A stretch of DNA of 64,000 bases from a virus (taxonomy: Duplodnaviria; Caudoviricetes), in IMG/VR virus record IMGVR_UViG_3300029288_000060, positions 192,001 to 256,000 of that record; one strand, written 5' to 3'. Of the stretch, positions 29,004 to 38,784 are shown piece after piece (positions within the stretch are counted from its first letter, which is position 1; every line of letters begins with the position of its first letter). Both the position numbers and the translations under genes were made by a program. The notes under the pieces were generated by a model. The model was not told the DNA's origin, did not search any database, and worked only from the letters and a program-made list of their open reading frames with translations.

Positions 29004-29615
29004 ATGAGTTTGAAATTAGGCAAATCATTTAATAGAAATTATGTAATTAGATTACCTTTCCTAGATGGATTTTATGATATTGGGTTATTTTATAATACAA
29101 AATCATCTTTTTTACTATTTAGTGTTGACTCAGATTTTTCACAATCTAAAAATAGAGAGTTAAAACATAGTAACAAAGTTAACATGTTTAAAAATATTGA
29201 ATCTTCAAAATTTTGTGAAACTTTTTTAAATTTACATAATTATAGAAGTACCTCTTTAGATATTTTAAATCAATTTAAAGAAATAAAAAACGATTATACA
29301 TTAGATGTTAATTTTTTATTTAATGAAAGTATAGTCATGTCAAAAATTGAAACAGATGAGTCAACATTTTATGACACATTAAATTTATATTGCTTTACAT
29401 TATCAGCATATATAAATGAATTTTTATTTTTAATTGCTGAAAGACAAAATATTATTTCCAAACTTCATAAAAAAGTTGTTAGAAGTAGCGCTATTCAAAT
29501 TTCAACTTCATCTCCATTAGAACTGATAGATGAATTTTATGAAGAAGCAAGAAAAAGTAAAATAATAGACGTAACAAAAAGAGTGCCTACAGATGGAATT
29601 ATAAAAATAGAGTAA
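29004..29615 (+). CDS. hypothetical protein
   Basis: 203 aa ORF with GAGG RBS. Confidence 0.8.
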   Translation: MSLKLGKSFNRNYVIRLPFLDGFYDIGLFYNTKSSFLLFSVDSDFSQSKNRELKHSNKVNMFKNIESSKFCETFLNLHNYRSTSLDILNQFKEIKNDYTLDVNFLFNESIVMSKIETDESTFYDTLNLYCFTLSAYINEFLFLIAERQNIISKLHKKVVRSSAIQISTSSPLELIDEFYEEARKSKIIDVTKRVPTDGIIKIE

Positions 29616-29634
29616 AAATCTGGAGATTTAAAAC

Positions 29635-30855
29635 ATGGCTGATGAAGATAAAATAGAAACTAGATATAACTATTTTTGGATACATAATGTATTTGGAAAT
29701 TTTGTCAAGGATACAATGGATTATTTTTCTGATTATCTTTATCCCAGATTTTCAGATTGGAAAATTATTGGCACATACGACAAAGCTGTTGAACATCTTA
29801 GTAAAGAAATTCAACACGCAAGAGAGATGGATCAACCATTAAGACCAGCTCTTGTGCTTGATCCATCTGGAGATTTTAATTTTGATGAAACTTATGGAAA
29901 GCAACTCTGGAGATTTCCGAATCTTGCTCCAGGTCTTATAAAATATTTATTTAACCCCATATATCAAGATGAAAATATTTTAATCACTGTTGGTTTTAGT
30001 AGACTTGTGGGCGAATTTAATTTTACAGCATTATTATCATCATTTTATGAATATACTGACATGAGAGTTTTTTTAAACTTAATTTTTGGAGGTACAGAAA
30101 GACAAATTTATCCGAGATGGTTTAATTCATTTATTATTTTACCTGAAGAAGTCTATAATTATAGATATTCTAATGACGTTACTGGATTATCTTATAAAAT
30201 CAATATAGAGGATTCTTATAATCAATTAATAAAAACAACAAATACAAATGAAGTTGTTTATCCATGTACTATTTTACCAAGATATAAATTAACTGGAATG
30301 ACAGATTCTTCAGGAAGATTAGGTGGAGTTGATAATTTACCTGATTGGAAATTAGGCTTTACTATTTCATATGAGATTGAAATTCCTACTTTTATAGTTT
30401 TGGAAACTAATTATTTAGTTGAAAAATTTACAATTAACGTTAAATATGGTTCATGTTATACAGCAAATAAAGCATATGAAACGTCTGAAAATCCTCCTGT
30501 AAATATAGAATCATTTGATGGTAATTTAGATTTTGGATTAGATTCAACAGCAAATTCAACTATTACATATCCAGATGAAGCTGTAATTGATAATATAAAA
30601 TCAAGATTGGTCAAGACTAGATATTATCATATTGTAACTGAAAGTGAAGCTGCGTCAACTACATATGTTGATATAACTATTCCAGAAACTGTTACTGATA
30701 ATAATTTACTTAGGTTAAATGGAAAATATGGAAATCTAGTTTATGGAGATAATTATACTATAATAGATAGCGGAGTAACAATAAGAATAAATAAAGAGAA
30801 TGTAACATTAGAAAAAGATGATATTTTAGAAATTTTTATTTATGAATACATTTAA
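29635..30855 (+). CDS. putative virion structural protein (tail completion / gp15-like?)
   Basis: 406 aa; the C-terminal YGDNYT...LEKDDILEI beta module is typical of tail proteins; family not certain. Confidence 0.45.
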   Translation: MADEDKIETRYNYFWIHNVFGNFVKDTMDYFSDYLYPRFSDWKIIGTYDKAVEHLSKEIQHAREMDQPLRPALVLDPSGDFNFDETYGKQLWRFPNLAPGLIKYLFNPIYQDENILITVGFSRLVGEFNFTALLSSFYEYTDMRVFLNLIFGGTERQIYPRWFNSFIILPEEVYNYRYSNDVTGLSYKINIEDSYNQLIKTTNTNEVVYPCTILPRYKLTGMTDSSGRLGGVDNLPDWKLGFTISYEIEIPTFIVLETNYLVEKFTINVKYGSCYTANKAYETSENPPVNIESFDGNLDFGLDSTANSTITYPDEAVIDNIKSRLVKTRYYHIVTESEAASTTYVDITIPETVTDNNLLRLNGKYGNLVYGDNYTIIDSGVTIRINKENVTLEKDDILEIFIYEYI

Positions 30856-30867
30856 AAGGAATTTAAA

Positions 30868-31458
30868 ATGAAGTTAGAGGATCAAATTGTTGAAGTTTTT
30901 AATGAAAGTTATTTTATAAAAAATAGTTTTATATGTAATAATGTTGAAAAATTAATAGAAGTTATTAATAAAATAATAATGACAATTAAGTCAGGAAATA
31001 AAATTTTAATTTTTGGAAATGGTGGATCAGCATCTGATTCTCAACATATGGCATCAGAGTTTGTAAATCGTCTTAAAATTGACAGATCTCCATTACCAGC
31101 GATTTCTTTAACTACGGATACATCCATAATAACAAGTATTGGTAACGATTATAGTTTTTCTGAAATATTTTCTAGACAAGTTAGAGCAATTGGTAAACCT
31201 GGAGATATTGCATTTGGTATCACAACAAGCGGGAATTCAATAAATATAATAAAAGCATTTGAAGAAGCTAAAAAAATAGGTTTATTTACAGTTTGCTTAA
31301 CTGGTAATAATGGTGGTAAGATTAATGATATATCTGATTTATCATTAATTGTATCTTCTAATAATACTCAAAGAATTCAAGAAACTCATATAATGATAAT
31401 ACATATTATATGTGAATTAGTTGAAAAATACTTTAGCGAGGGGTATTTTAAAATATGA
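30868..31458 (+). CDS. gmhA: D-sedoheptulose 7-phosphate isomerase
   Basis: GNGGSASDSQHMASEF, GNDYSF, TTSGNS, RIQETH. Confidence 0.95.
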   Translation: MKLEDQIVEVFNESYFIKNSFICNNVEKLIEVINKIIMTIKSGNKILIFGNGGSASDSQHMASEFVNRLKIDRSPLPAISLTTDTSIITSIGNDYSFSEIFSRQVRAIGKPGDIAFGITTSGNSINIIKAFEEAKKIGLFTVCLTGNNGGKINDISDLSLIVSSNNTQRIQETHIMIIHIICELVEKYFSEGYFKI

Positions 31459-31991
31459 AATTATATCAAGAATTTTTAATGGGTCAAGATGAAAAAGTTG
31501 AAAAAGAAATTAATGTAGCAGGAGCAGTAATTATAAGAAGAAATGAGGAAGATTCATTTTCAGTTTTAATAATACAAAGAGCTTCAGATGACCATTGGCC
31601 TTTAATACATGAATTTCCCCGAGGGAAGTGTGATAAGGGTGATAAAAATAAACTTCATGAATGTTTAAAACGAGAAGTTAAAGAAGAAACTGGACTTAAT
31701 ATTGTTATTATCAAATATATAGATAAATATGAATATATTGCAGACGAAGGAAAAAGAAAATCCACACAATATAATTATTTATGTATGATGACTAATCCAG
31801 ATCAAAAAATTAAGTTATCTAAAGAACATCAAGATTATAAATGGGTTTCAAGTATGGGTGAGGTTGAGTTACTTGTGCCATCAGAAATGAAGAAAACTAT
31901 TTCTAAGGTTCTTAATAAAAAAGAACAAATCGTTTATTATCCTAAGACTGATGAAGTTATTGAAGAAACACAAAAAAGATGGATAAAATAG
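31455..31991 (+). CDS. NUDIX hydrolase
   Basis: PRGK...LKREVKEETGL Nudix box. Confidence 0.9.
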   Translation: MKLYQEFLMGQDEKVEKEINVAGAVIIRRNEEDSFSVLIIQRASDDHWPLIHEFPRGKCDKGDKNKLHECLKREVKEETGLNIVIIKYIDKYEYIADEGKRKSTQYNYLCMMTNPDQKIKLSKEHQDYKWVSSMGEVELLVPSEMKKTISKVLNKKEQIVYYPKTDEVIEETQKRWIK

Positions 31992-31992
31992 A

Positions 31993-32511
31993 ATGTTAAA
32001 ATTGATTATTAAAACAAAGGGTTTGTTTATTAATATTCCTGGTGTTCCACCATTTAGAACACCTGCGGAAATTGATATTACAAAATTGAATCTAAACATA
32101 ATAACTTCAGAACTTAAAAAAAATGGTATAGCAAGCTGGAAAATTATTTCTGGAGAAACAGAAATAATTGAACCACATCCTAAAAAAGTTAAAGACACTA
32201 CATCAACAACTGAAAATATTATTAATATAGATAAACAAGATGAAGTTTTAGATAAACTTAATAAAATAGAGAAACGTTTAAATGACTTTTTGAATGGAGA
32301 CAAATTTGTTTTAGCAACTGTAAATAATACAATTAATGATAATAAACAAATAAAAACTAAAAAAGTAAAAGAAGATGAGGTAGATGATTTTATACCTTCT
32401 ATTAATTTGAATAATTTAACATTAAAAGGTAGAAAGAAAGTAGGAACAACAATTAAAGAAGAAACAAACTATCAATCATCTGCAGAAAATTTAAAAAAAT
32501 ATAAAAAATAA
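31993..32511 (+). CDS. hypothetical protein
   Basis: 172 aa ORF upstream of the actin-like gene. Confidence 0.75.
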   Translation: MLKLIIKTKGLFINIPGVPPFRTPAEIDITKLNLNIITSELKKNGIASWKIISGETEIIEPHPKKVKDTTSTTENIINIDKQDEVLDKLNKIEKRLNDFLNGDKFVLATVNNTINDNKQIKTKKVKEDEVDDFIPSINLNNLTLKGRKKVGTTIKEETNYQSSAENLKKYKK

Positions 32512-32678
32512 GTCTAATGATTTCAACCATTTATTTTTCTTGTGGTAATATAATAGAACGTGTTAATTTGTAAATTATCTATACTATAAGTTATTAATAA
32601 TATTAAAGAATTTTCTTGCAAAATTCTTCTTGAACATATTTTAATTCTAAATTTTTTAAAAAGGAGAAATTAATAAAA

Positions 32679-33737
32679 ATGAGTGAAGAATTGACTATAG
32701 AAACAATTGAAGATAAAAAACAGAAAAAAGAAAAGAATAATATAGTTTGTATTGGAGCTGATTTCGGAACTATGAATCTTTGTTGTGCTAGGAGCGATTC
32801 AGATGAAATAAAAATAATGAGAAATGTATTTTTAGAATTAAATCCTGAAGAAGTTACCATATCAGATCTTTCAGATATAAATTATATTGAGAGTGAAGGA
32901 AGTATTTTTATAATTGGTAATGATGCTTTTAGATTAGCAAATATTTTTGGTAAAGAAGTATCTAGACCGATGGAAAAGGGATTAATTTCTAGTAAAGAAA
33001 TTAATGCAATAGATGTATTAACAATTATGGTAAAAGAATTAATTGGTGATATTAAAGATAAAGAAGCTTATGTAAGTTACAGTGTGCCGGCTGAAGCAAT
33101 TGATGAAGGAAGATCCGTTACTTACCATGAGAGAGTATTTGGAAGAATTCTTTCAACGTTAGGAGTAAATCATAAATCATTTAATGAAGCAATGGCCATT
33201 GTTTATTCCGAATGCGCAACCGAAAAGTATTCTGGTATAGGAATAAGTTTTGGAGCAGGAATGTGTAATGTATGTTGTGCATATAAGTCAATTGAAACAT
33301 TTAAATTTTCTACTGCAAGAAGCGGAGATTGGGTAGATTCTAATGTTGCGGAATCATTAAATATGATTAGAAATCGAGTTACCTCTTTGAAGGAAAAACA
33401 TTTAAATTTACAACTTGGTTTCGAAAAAGAACAGAACAAAAAAATAAAGAGAACCCTTGAATCTTTAACTTATTTTTATGAAAATTTAATTGATTATACA
33501 ATAAAGAGAATAATTCATGAATTTAATGATAAAGTAGATACTGAATTTGATGAAGCAATCCCAATTATAATTTCTGGGGGTAGCTCAATTCCTGGAGGTT
33601 TTTTGGAATTATTTCAAAATACAATGAATAAATATGAACTACCTTTTCAGATTTCTGAAATCAGACGTGCAAAAAATCCATTAGCTGCGGTTGCTCAAGG
33701 TTTATTAATTAAAACTTTATCTGATGTACGGAAATAA
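32679..33737 (+). CDS. actin-fold ATPase (volactin/MreB-like)
   Basis: GADFGT phosphate-1, NEAMA, GISFGAG phosphate-2, ISGGSS adenosine motif, AVAQG. Confidence 0.85.
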   Translation: MSEELTIETIEDKKQKKEKNNIVCIGADFGTMNLCCARSDSDEIKIMRNVFLELNPEEVTISDLSDINYIESEGSIFIIGNDAFRLANIFGKEVSRPMEKGLISSKEINAIDVLTIMVKELIGDIKDKEAYVSYSVPAEAIDEGRSVTYHERVFGRILSTLGVNHKSFNEAMAIVYSECATEKYSGIGISFGAGMCNVCCAYKSIETFKFSTARSGDWVDSNVAESLNMIRNRVTSLKEKHLNLQLGFEKEQNKKIKRTLESLTYFYENLIDYTIKRIIHEFNDKVDTEFDEAIPIIISGGSSIPGGFLELFQNTMNKYELPFQISEIRRAKNPLAAVAQGLLIKTLSDVRK

Positions 33738-33769
33738 AATTAATTTAAAAATATTTTGGAGGATATCAA

Positions 33770-33988
33770 ATGAAATTAACAGAAAGACAAATAACAATTT
33801 TAAGTGAAATAGTTGATAAAGCTTTAGATATGGTTCTAACAGAATCTAAAAATCAAGAGGAATATCAAAAGTTTTTTAAATCAATGTTAAAGAAATTTGG
33901 AGTTAGCTCTCCAACAGAATTGAAAGGAGATAAGAAAAAGAAGTTTTTTGCAGCAGTTAAAGCAGGGTGGGCAAAAAAGAAAAAATAG
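33770..33988 (+). CDS. small basic protein, possible virion internal protein
   Basis: YQKFFKSMLKKFGVSSPTEL motif recalled from large phages; GGAGG RBS. Confidence 0.6.
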   Translation: MKLTERQITILSEIVDKALDMVLTESKNQEEYQKFFKSMLKKFGVSSPTELKGDKKKKFFAAVKAGWAKKKK

Positions 33989-34018
33989 TTAAATTTTAGA
34001 AAAGGAGAATGGTAACCA

Positions 34019-35272
34019 GTGAATAGAAATAATCCGAATACCTCAAATTTTTATCCAAAAAAGTTAACTGAAATGGAATTGTTTAGATTGGGAATATCAG
34101 AAGAAAATTTTAATATAGTTAATACACTAGAAGACTTAAAAAGTAATCCACCGAATATAGTTATAGCAAAATGTAAGCAAAATGTTCAGTTTATGCAAAA
34201 TAGATTTACCAAACAAACCTTGTTAAAAAAACGTAAATATGTAATGGGTGCAGGCATTTATATGCAATTACATTATGATACTAGATCAGATATTGAAATA
34301 TTAAAACCTGCTGAAATTCAATTTAAAAAAATATATAAACGATATAATGGACAAAAATTAGATAATAAGACTCTATTAGTTTTTCGTCAAGGTGGAATTG
34401 GCGATCTATTGTTTATCCAACCAAACCTAACCTACCTGAAGCAAAAATACCCTACTTGTATTATCAAATTTGCTTGCGGTCCTCAATATCAATCAATGGT
34501 AAAAGAATGGGAATGCGTTGATAAAGTTTTAGATTTACCATTCTTAGTGGATGAATTATTTAAGTCTGATTATCATTGTGTTTTTGAGGGTGTAATTGAA
34601 AGATGTAAAGAGGCAGAAAATACATGCTCATACAATTTATTTAGTAAATGGTTAGGGTTAAATTTACCGGATGAATTATTAATACCGAAACAAAAACCAA
34701 ATAAAGAATTGGTAGATAAAAGTAGAGAATTTTTGATACGTTCTAATATTGAAGAAAAGGATTTTATTCTTGTTCAATTAAGAGCTTCTTCACCAATTAG
34801 AACTCCAGATCCTAAGGTTTGGATTAAATTAATTGATATGTTGACAGATAAAGGTCATAATATTGTTATAACAGATAATCCTTTGGTTTCTCAAGATGTA
34901 AACAATGTTATTTCACAATTAAAAAATAAAGAAAAAGTTTTTAATTTTTCAGAGTATTCTCTAACTATTGGTAATACAATTGCTATAACTTCTTTAGCTA
35001 AATTAGTAGTTTCAACTGATTCTGCATTACCACATATTGCGGAATCTTTAGGAATTAAATCCTTTGCGGTAATGGGACCCTTTACTGGTAGGGTAAGATT
35101 TAGTACATATAAAAATAATGATTGGATAGATGTTGTGAAAGAGGAATGCTCCCCATGTTTTCAGCATGGAACACAGCCATGTAAATATGCTACACCACAA
35201 TATTCTCCTTGTTATAATAATTTAGATTATGATGTTTGTATTGAGAAAATTGAAAGGCTATTGAATGTATAA
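34019..35272 (+). CDS. glycosyltransferase family 9 (heptosyltransferase-like)
   Basis: RQGGIGDLL, STDSALPHIAESLG, CSPCF. Confidence 0.88.
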   Translation: MNRNNPNTSNFYPKKLTEMELFRLGISEENFNIVNTLEDLKSNPPNIVIAKCKQNVQFMQNRFTKQTLLKKRKYVMGAGIYMQLHYDTRSDIEILKPAEIQFKKIYKRYNGQKLDNKTLLVFRQGGIGDLLFIQPNLTYLKQKYPTCIIKFACGPQYQSMVKEWECVDKVLDLPFLVDELFKSDYHCVFEGVIERCKEAENTCSYNLFSKWLGLNLPDELLIPKQKPNKELVDKSREFLIRSNIEEKDFILVQLRASSPIRTPDPKVWIKLIDMLTDKGHNIVITDNPLVSQDVNNVISQLKNKEKVFNFSEYSLTIGNTIAITSLAKLVVSTDSALPHIAESLGIKSFAVMGPFTGRVRFSTYKNNDWIDVVKEECSPCFQHGTQPCKYATPQYSPCYNNLDYDVCIEKIERLLNV

Positions 35273-36101
35273 GGTAATGATAAATTGTCGTAATAGACTT
35301 GCAATTACTACAAAATGTATTACTGCTTTAACAAAACATTCTGTTACAAAACCAGAAATTTATGTATATGATAATTTAACAAATTATAAAGTTAATGAAC
35401 ATTTTATGTATTGGAATTTATTATATCAGAAAGGAATAATTCAACAAGTTACTTTTAACACAAAAGTTTCTACGTTTAATGCTTTTTCTAAAGCTGTGGC
35501 ATGTAATCAATTTGGTTTTAATCATGAACAGGATCCTAATAAAGATAAATATGATTTTTTAATATTTCTTGATAATGATATTATTGTAACGCCGCAGTTT
35601 GATAAAATTTTAAAAGATGCATGGGCAGATGTTAAAAAAAATAATATGAATGATATTAAAGTTATTAGTCAATTACCAGGAGGGATAACAGATAAGAAAG
35701 AAGTTCCTCACAAGATAGCGGGCTTTAGAGCAAAGTCTGGCTTATTTGGGGGTAGTGGATTATGGTGTGTACAAAATAATTTCTTTAAAGAAATTGGTTA
35801 TTTAAATGTGAGCAATTTTATTGGACTACATAAAAAGCATGACCAACAGTATTGGAGAAAACTTGGAACAGTAACAAAAGGTAAACATTATATTTTAGGT
35901 TTAGATATAAAATTAGGTATACATTGTGGAAAAATTGCTGGCAGCCTTTGCAATACTCTCACAAGAGCTACTAAAATACCTCAAAAAAATGTCGAAGAAT
36001 TAATTAAGTTTGAAGAATCAGATAAAAAAATCGACTCAATGGGTTTTGATCATTTTTATAAAATGATCAAAAATGATAAAAGTTTGGAAAACGATTGGTA
36101 A
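35265..36101 (+). CDS. GT-A fold glycosyltransferase (GT2-like)
   Basis: IYVYDN, FLDND (DxD). Confidence 0.75.
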   Translation: MYKVMINCRNRLAITTKCITALTKHSVTKPEIYVYDNLTNYKVNEHFMYWNLLYQKGIIQQVTFNTKVSTFNAFSKAVACNQFGFNHEQDPNKDKYDFLIFLDNDIIVTPQFDKILKDAWADVKKNNMNDIKVISQLPGGITDKKEVPHKIAGFRAKSGLFGGSGLWCVQNNFFKEIGYLNVSNFIGLHKKHDQQYWRKLGTVTKGKHYILGLDIKLGIHCGKIAGSLCNTLTRATKIPQKNVEELIKFEESDKKIDSMGFDHFYKMIKNDKSLENDW

Positions 36102-36106
36102 AAGGA

Positions 36107-36634
36107 ATGATGATGAGAGCAGAAATATTATTCAGCAGAGAGGTTATTGAAAAAAGGATAAAACAATTAGCAGAAAAAATCGAGTATGATTTTAATGATG
36201 AAGAATTACTTATAATTTGTGTTCTTAAAGGATCTTTTATTTTTACTTCTGATTTAGTTAGGTTTATAAAAAAACCAAAATGTGAAATTGATTTTATTAG
36301 AGCCTCTAGTTATGGAAGCGAAACCATATCTTCAGGTATTGTAAAGTTGCCAAAATATGTTGATATAAATGCAACAAATAAAAACGTTATAATTGTTGAA
36401 GATATTTTAGATACCGGTTTAACTTTAAAACAAATAACTGAGTTTATAAGTAAAATGAAACCTAAAACTTTAAAAACTTGTGTATTATTAGATAAAAAAA
36501 TCAAAAGAAAAGTTGATTTTACAGCAGACTATGTTGGATTTGAAATTGAAGATAATTTTGTTATTGGTTATGGTTTAGATTATAATGAAGAATTTAGAAA
36601 TCTTCCGGAAATTTACTATGTAAAGGAATTATAA
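36107..36634 (+). CDS. hpt: hypoxanthine phosphoribosyltransferase
   Basis: VLKGSFIF, IVEDILDTGLTL, FVIGYGLDYNEEFRNLP. Confidence 0.95.
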   Translation: MMMRAEILFSREVIEKRIKQLAEKIEYDFNDEELLIICVLKGSFIFTSDLVRFIKKPKCEIDFIRASSYGSETISSGIVKLPKYVDINATNKNVIIVEDILDTGLTLKQITEFISKMKPKTLKTCVLLDKKIKRKVDFTADYVGFEIEDNFVIGYGLDYNEEFRNLPEIYYVKEL

Positions 36635-36641
36635 ATTACCA

Positions 36642-37526
36642 ATGGATAAAGCAATAATTTCTTTTTGTTTAGCAGAATTTTGGTGGGAGTTTGGTAGGTT
36701 TGCTCCATACATTTTATGGAAAAGACAAAAACAATATAAAAATAGAAGTGATGTAAAATTTATTTGTGTAACGAGACCAGAAAATTTTGATATATATGGA
36801 AAAAACGCTTCTATTCTGGTGCCATTCAGATTAAAAAATGAGTCAAAATATCGTCCTAATTGTTTTAGATTAGATAATATTACTCAAGAGGAATATATAT
36901 CAATTATAAAAACTTTTCAAGATCAATTTAAAGAAAGATATAATATTATTGAAACTATTTATCCTGATATAAGTAAAAGACAATATTTGAATAAAAATCA
37001 ATTTCCAAAAGATAAAGTTAATTATAATTATTTACCAAGAGATTCTAATTTAGAACTAATTAAAAATCATATGAATGGTAAACCTGTGGTAATATTAGCT
37101 CCAAGATATCGTGAAGGCATTAGGAGAAATTGGCCGTATTGGAATATTTTATATAATTTAATTTCAAATAATGAAAAATTAATAGAGAAATATAATTTTG
37201 TGATAACAGGAAGATCACCAGATTATGTTCCAGATGTTCAAAATAGGTTTTTAGATATTAATAATATGCAACAAAACATAAATACCAGTATTGTTGGTTT
37301 AACTATAGAATGTATGAAAAAAGCTGTTTTGACAGTTGGTTCACAATCAGCAATACCAAATATTTCGTTATTATTAGGTGTGCATGCTTTAGAATGGGGG
37401 CATCAAAAATATTTACATACAGTAACATATAATGTGAAAAAAAGTAAAGTAACATTTATTGAAGACAATGAATACAAAATTAAACCTAAGATTATTTATC
37501 AAGAAATGTTGAAAATTTTAAACTAA
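36642..37526 (+). CDS. probable glycosyltransferase (GT-B-like)
   Basis: RNWPYW and VGSQSAIPNISLLLG resemble the GT9 C-terminal domain. Confidence 0.5.
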   Translation: MDKAIISFCLAEFWWEFGRFAPYILWKRQKQYKNRSDVKFICVTRPENFDIYGKNASILVPFRLKNESKYRPNCFRLDNITQEEYISIIKTFQDQFKERYNIIETIYPDISKRQYLNKNQFPKDKVNYNYLPRDSNLELIKNHMNGKPVVILAPRYREGIRRNWPYWNILYNLISNNEKLIEKYNFVITGRSPDYVPDVQNRFLDINNMQQNINTSIVGLTIECMKKAVLTVGSQSAIPNISLLLGVHALEWGHQKYLHTVTYNVKKSKVTFIEDNEYKIKPKIIYQEMLKILN

Positions 37527-37544
37527 AACTTGAGGTAAAATAAT

Positions 37545-38252
37545 ATGGCAGACGCAGTTTTAAAACAAATGATTTTAGATGCACCAACACAGGTTGAAAA
37601 TATTGATAGTGCTATTACTAATATAGATGAACAGATTGCAGATTTTCAATCAAAACAAGATTCACTTGTAACTGTTTGTGATACAGTTGCCATAGAATTA
37701 GAAACTTATTTAAAAGATACAAAATTTAGTCCGGAAACTGTTTATTATATGTATAAAGGAATAAATTTTAATCAGAACTTAGATATCAGTGGAAGTATTA
37801 TAGATTGGAAAATTTATAAAATTTTATCATTGACTGGATTAATTTTTGTATCGGATAATACATTTACATGTAACGGAGATAAAACTAGCACTTTTTCAGC
37901 AGATGCAGACTTATCAATAATATTAGGAGGCGGTAGAGTATATAGCACTGTTGCATCATCATCTTTTGATGGATCTGTGACAGAAGTAATTTTAAATGAT
38001 TCAGTATTAGATGTATCATTAACTTCAGTATGGTTGTTAAATTATATTTATATTTTAGGTGATGATCCTATTATTGATTCTCATAAAGATAACTGGGATT
38101 TTTCACATGATTATATAACATTACCACTTGGAATTAGTGGTTCGTATGGTACAAAAGATAATATTACACAATTAAATGTAGCGAAAAATTTATTAAATTC
38201 AAATAGAACAAAATTTAATGATTCGATAACAGTATTAGCACCATTTGTATAA
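37545..38252 (+). CDS. putative virion structural protein
   Basis: Acidic, Ser/Thr-rich, coiled-coil ends, adjacent to the PAAR-like gene. Confidence 0.5.
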   Translation: MADAVLKQMILDAPTQVENIDSAITNIDEQIADFQSKQDSLVTVCDTVAIELETYLKDTKFSPETVYYMYKGINFNQNLDISGSIIDWKIYKILSLTGLIFVSDNTFTCNGDKTSTFSADADLSIILGGGRVYSTVASSSFDGSVTEVILNDSVLDVSLTSVWLLNYIYILGDDPIIDSHKDNWDFSHDYITLPLGISGSYGTKDNITQLNVAKNLLNSNRTKFNDSITVLAPFV

Positions 38253-38267
38253 AAAAGGAGAAATACA

Positions 38268-38498
38268 ATGTTGAATGAAGAATTTTTTATAAAAAGAAAA
38301 AAAGAAACGGCTGGTTTATTACATTTTTTACAAGAATGTAAATTTTCTGGTTCTTGGGATACAAAAATTGATTTGAATGTTATTATTAAAACTATTGCAA
38401 ACTATGATTTCATTACTGATTCTTTAAGAAAAGAAATAATAGGTTTGCAAAATAGGATTAAAGAATTAACAATCCAAGAAGAAAAAAATAATGTCTAA
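38268..38498 (+). CDS. hypothetical protein
   Basis: 76 aa ORF with AAGGAG RBS. Confidence 0.7.
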   Translation: MLNEEFFIKRKKETAGLLHFLQECKFSGSWDTKIDLNVIIKTIANYDFITDSLRKEIIGLQNRIKELTIQEEKNNV

Positions 38499-38781
38499 CG
38501 CTTCTATAATATCATCTTTAGGAAGTGGAGTTTGTTCTATAGATGGTCCTACGCTTGGATTAATTATAACTGGTTCTGGAAATACTTTTCTTACTAATAT
38601 TGCATCGGCAAGAAATACTGATATTGTTTTAAGTTTTTGTGGACATGTTGGAATTTTGGTAGTTGGTTCATCAAATGTAAATGTTAATAGTTTACAAAAA
38701 ACAAAAATTGGAAGTGTATTTACTGGCGTTTTTACTGGGACAATTATAACTGGAGTTGGTTCTATTGATACTGGAGGTTAA
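38491..38781 (+). CDS. PAAR-like spike-tip protein (T4 gp5.4-like)
   Basis: Three GxIxxGSxNV-type repeats, ARNTD...CGH. Confidence 0.7.
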   Translation: MSNASIISSLGSGVCSIDGPTLGLIITGSGNTFLTNIASARNTDIVLSFCGHVGILVVGSSNVNVNSLQKTKIGSVFTGVFTGTIITGVGSIDTGG

Positions 38782-38784
38782 GAT

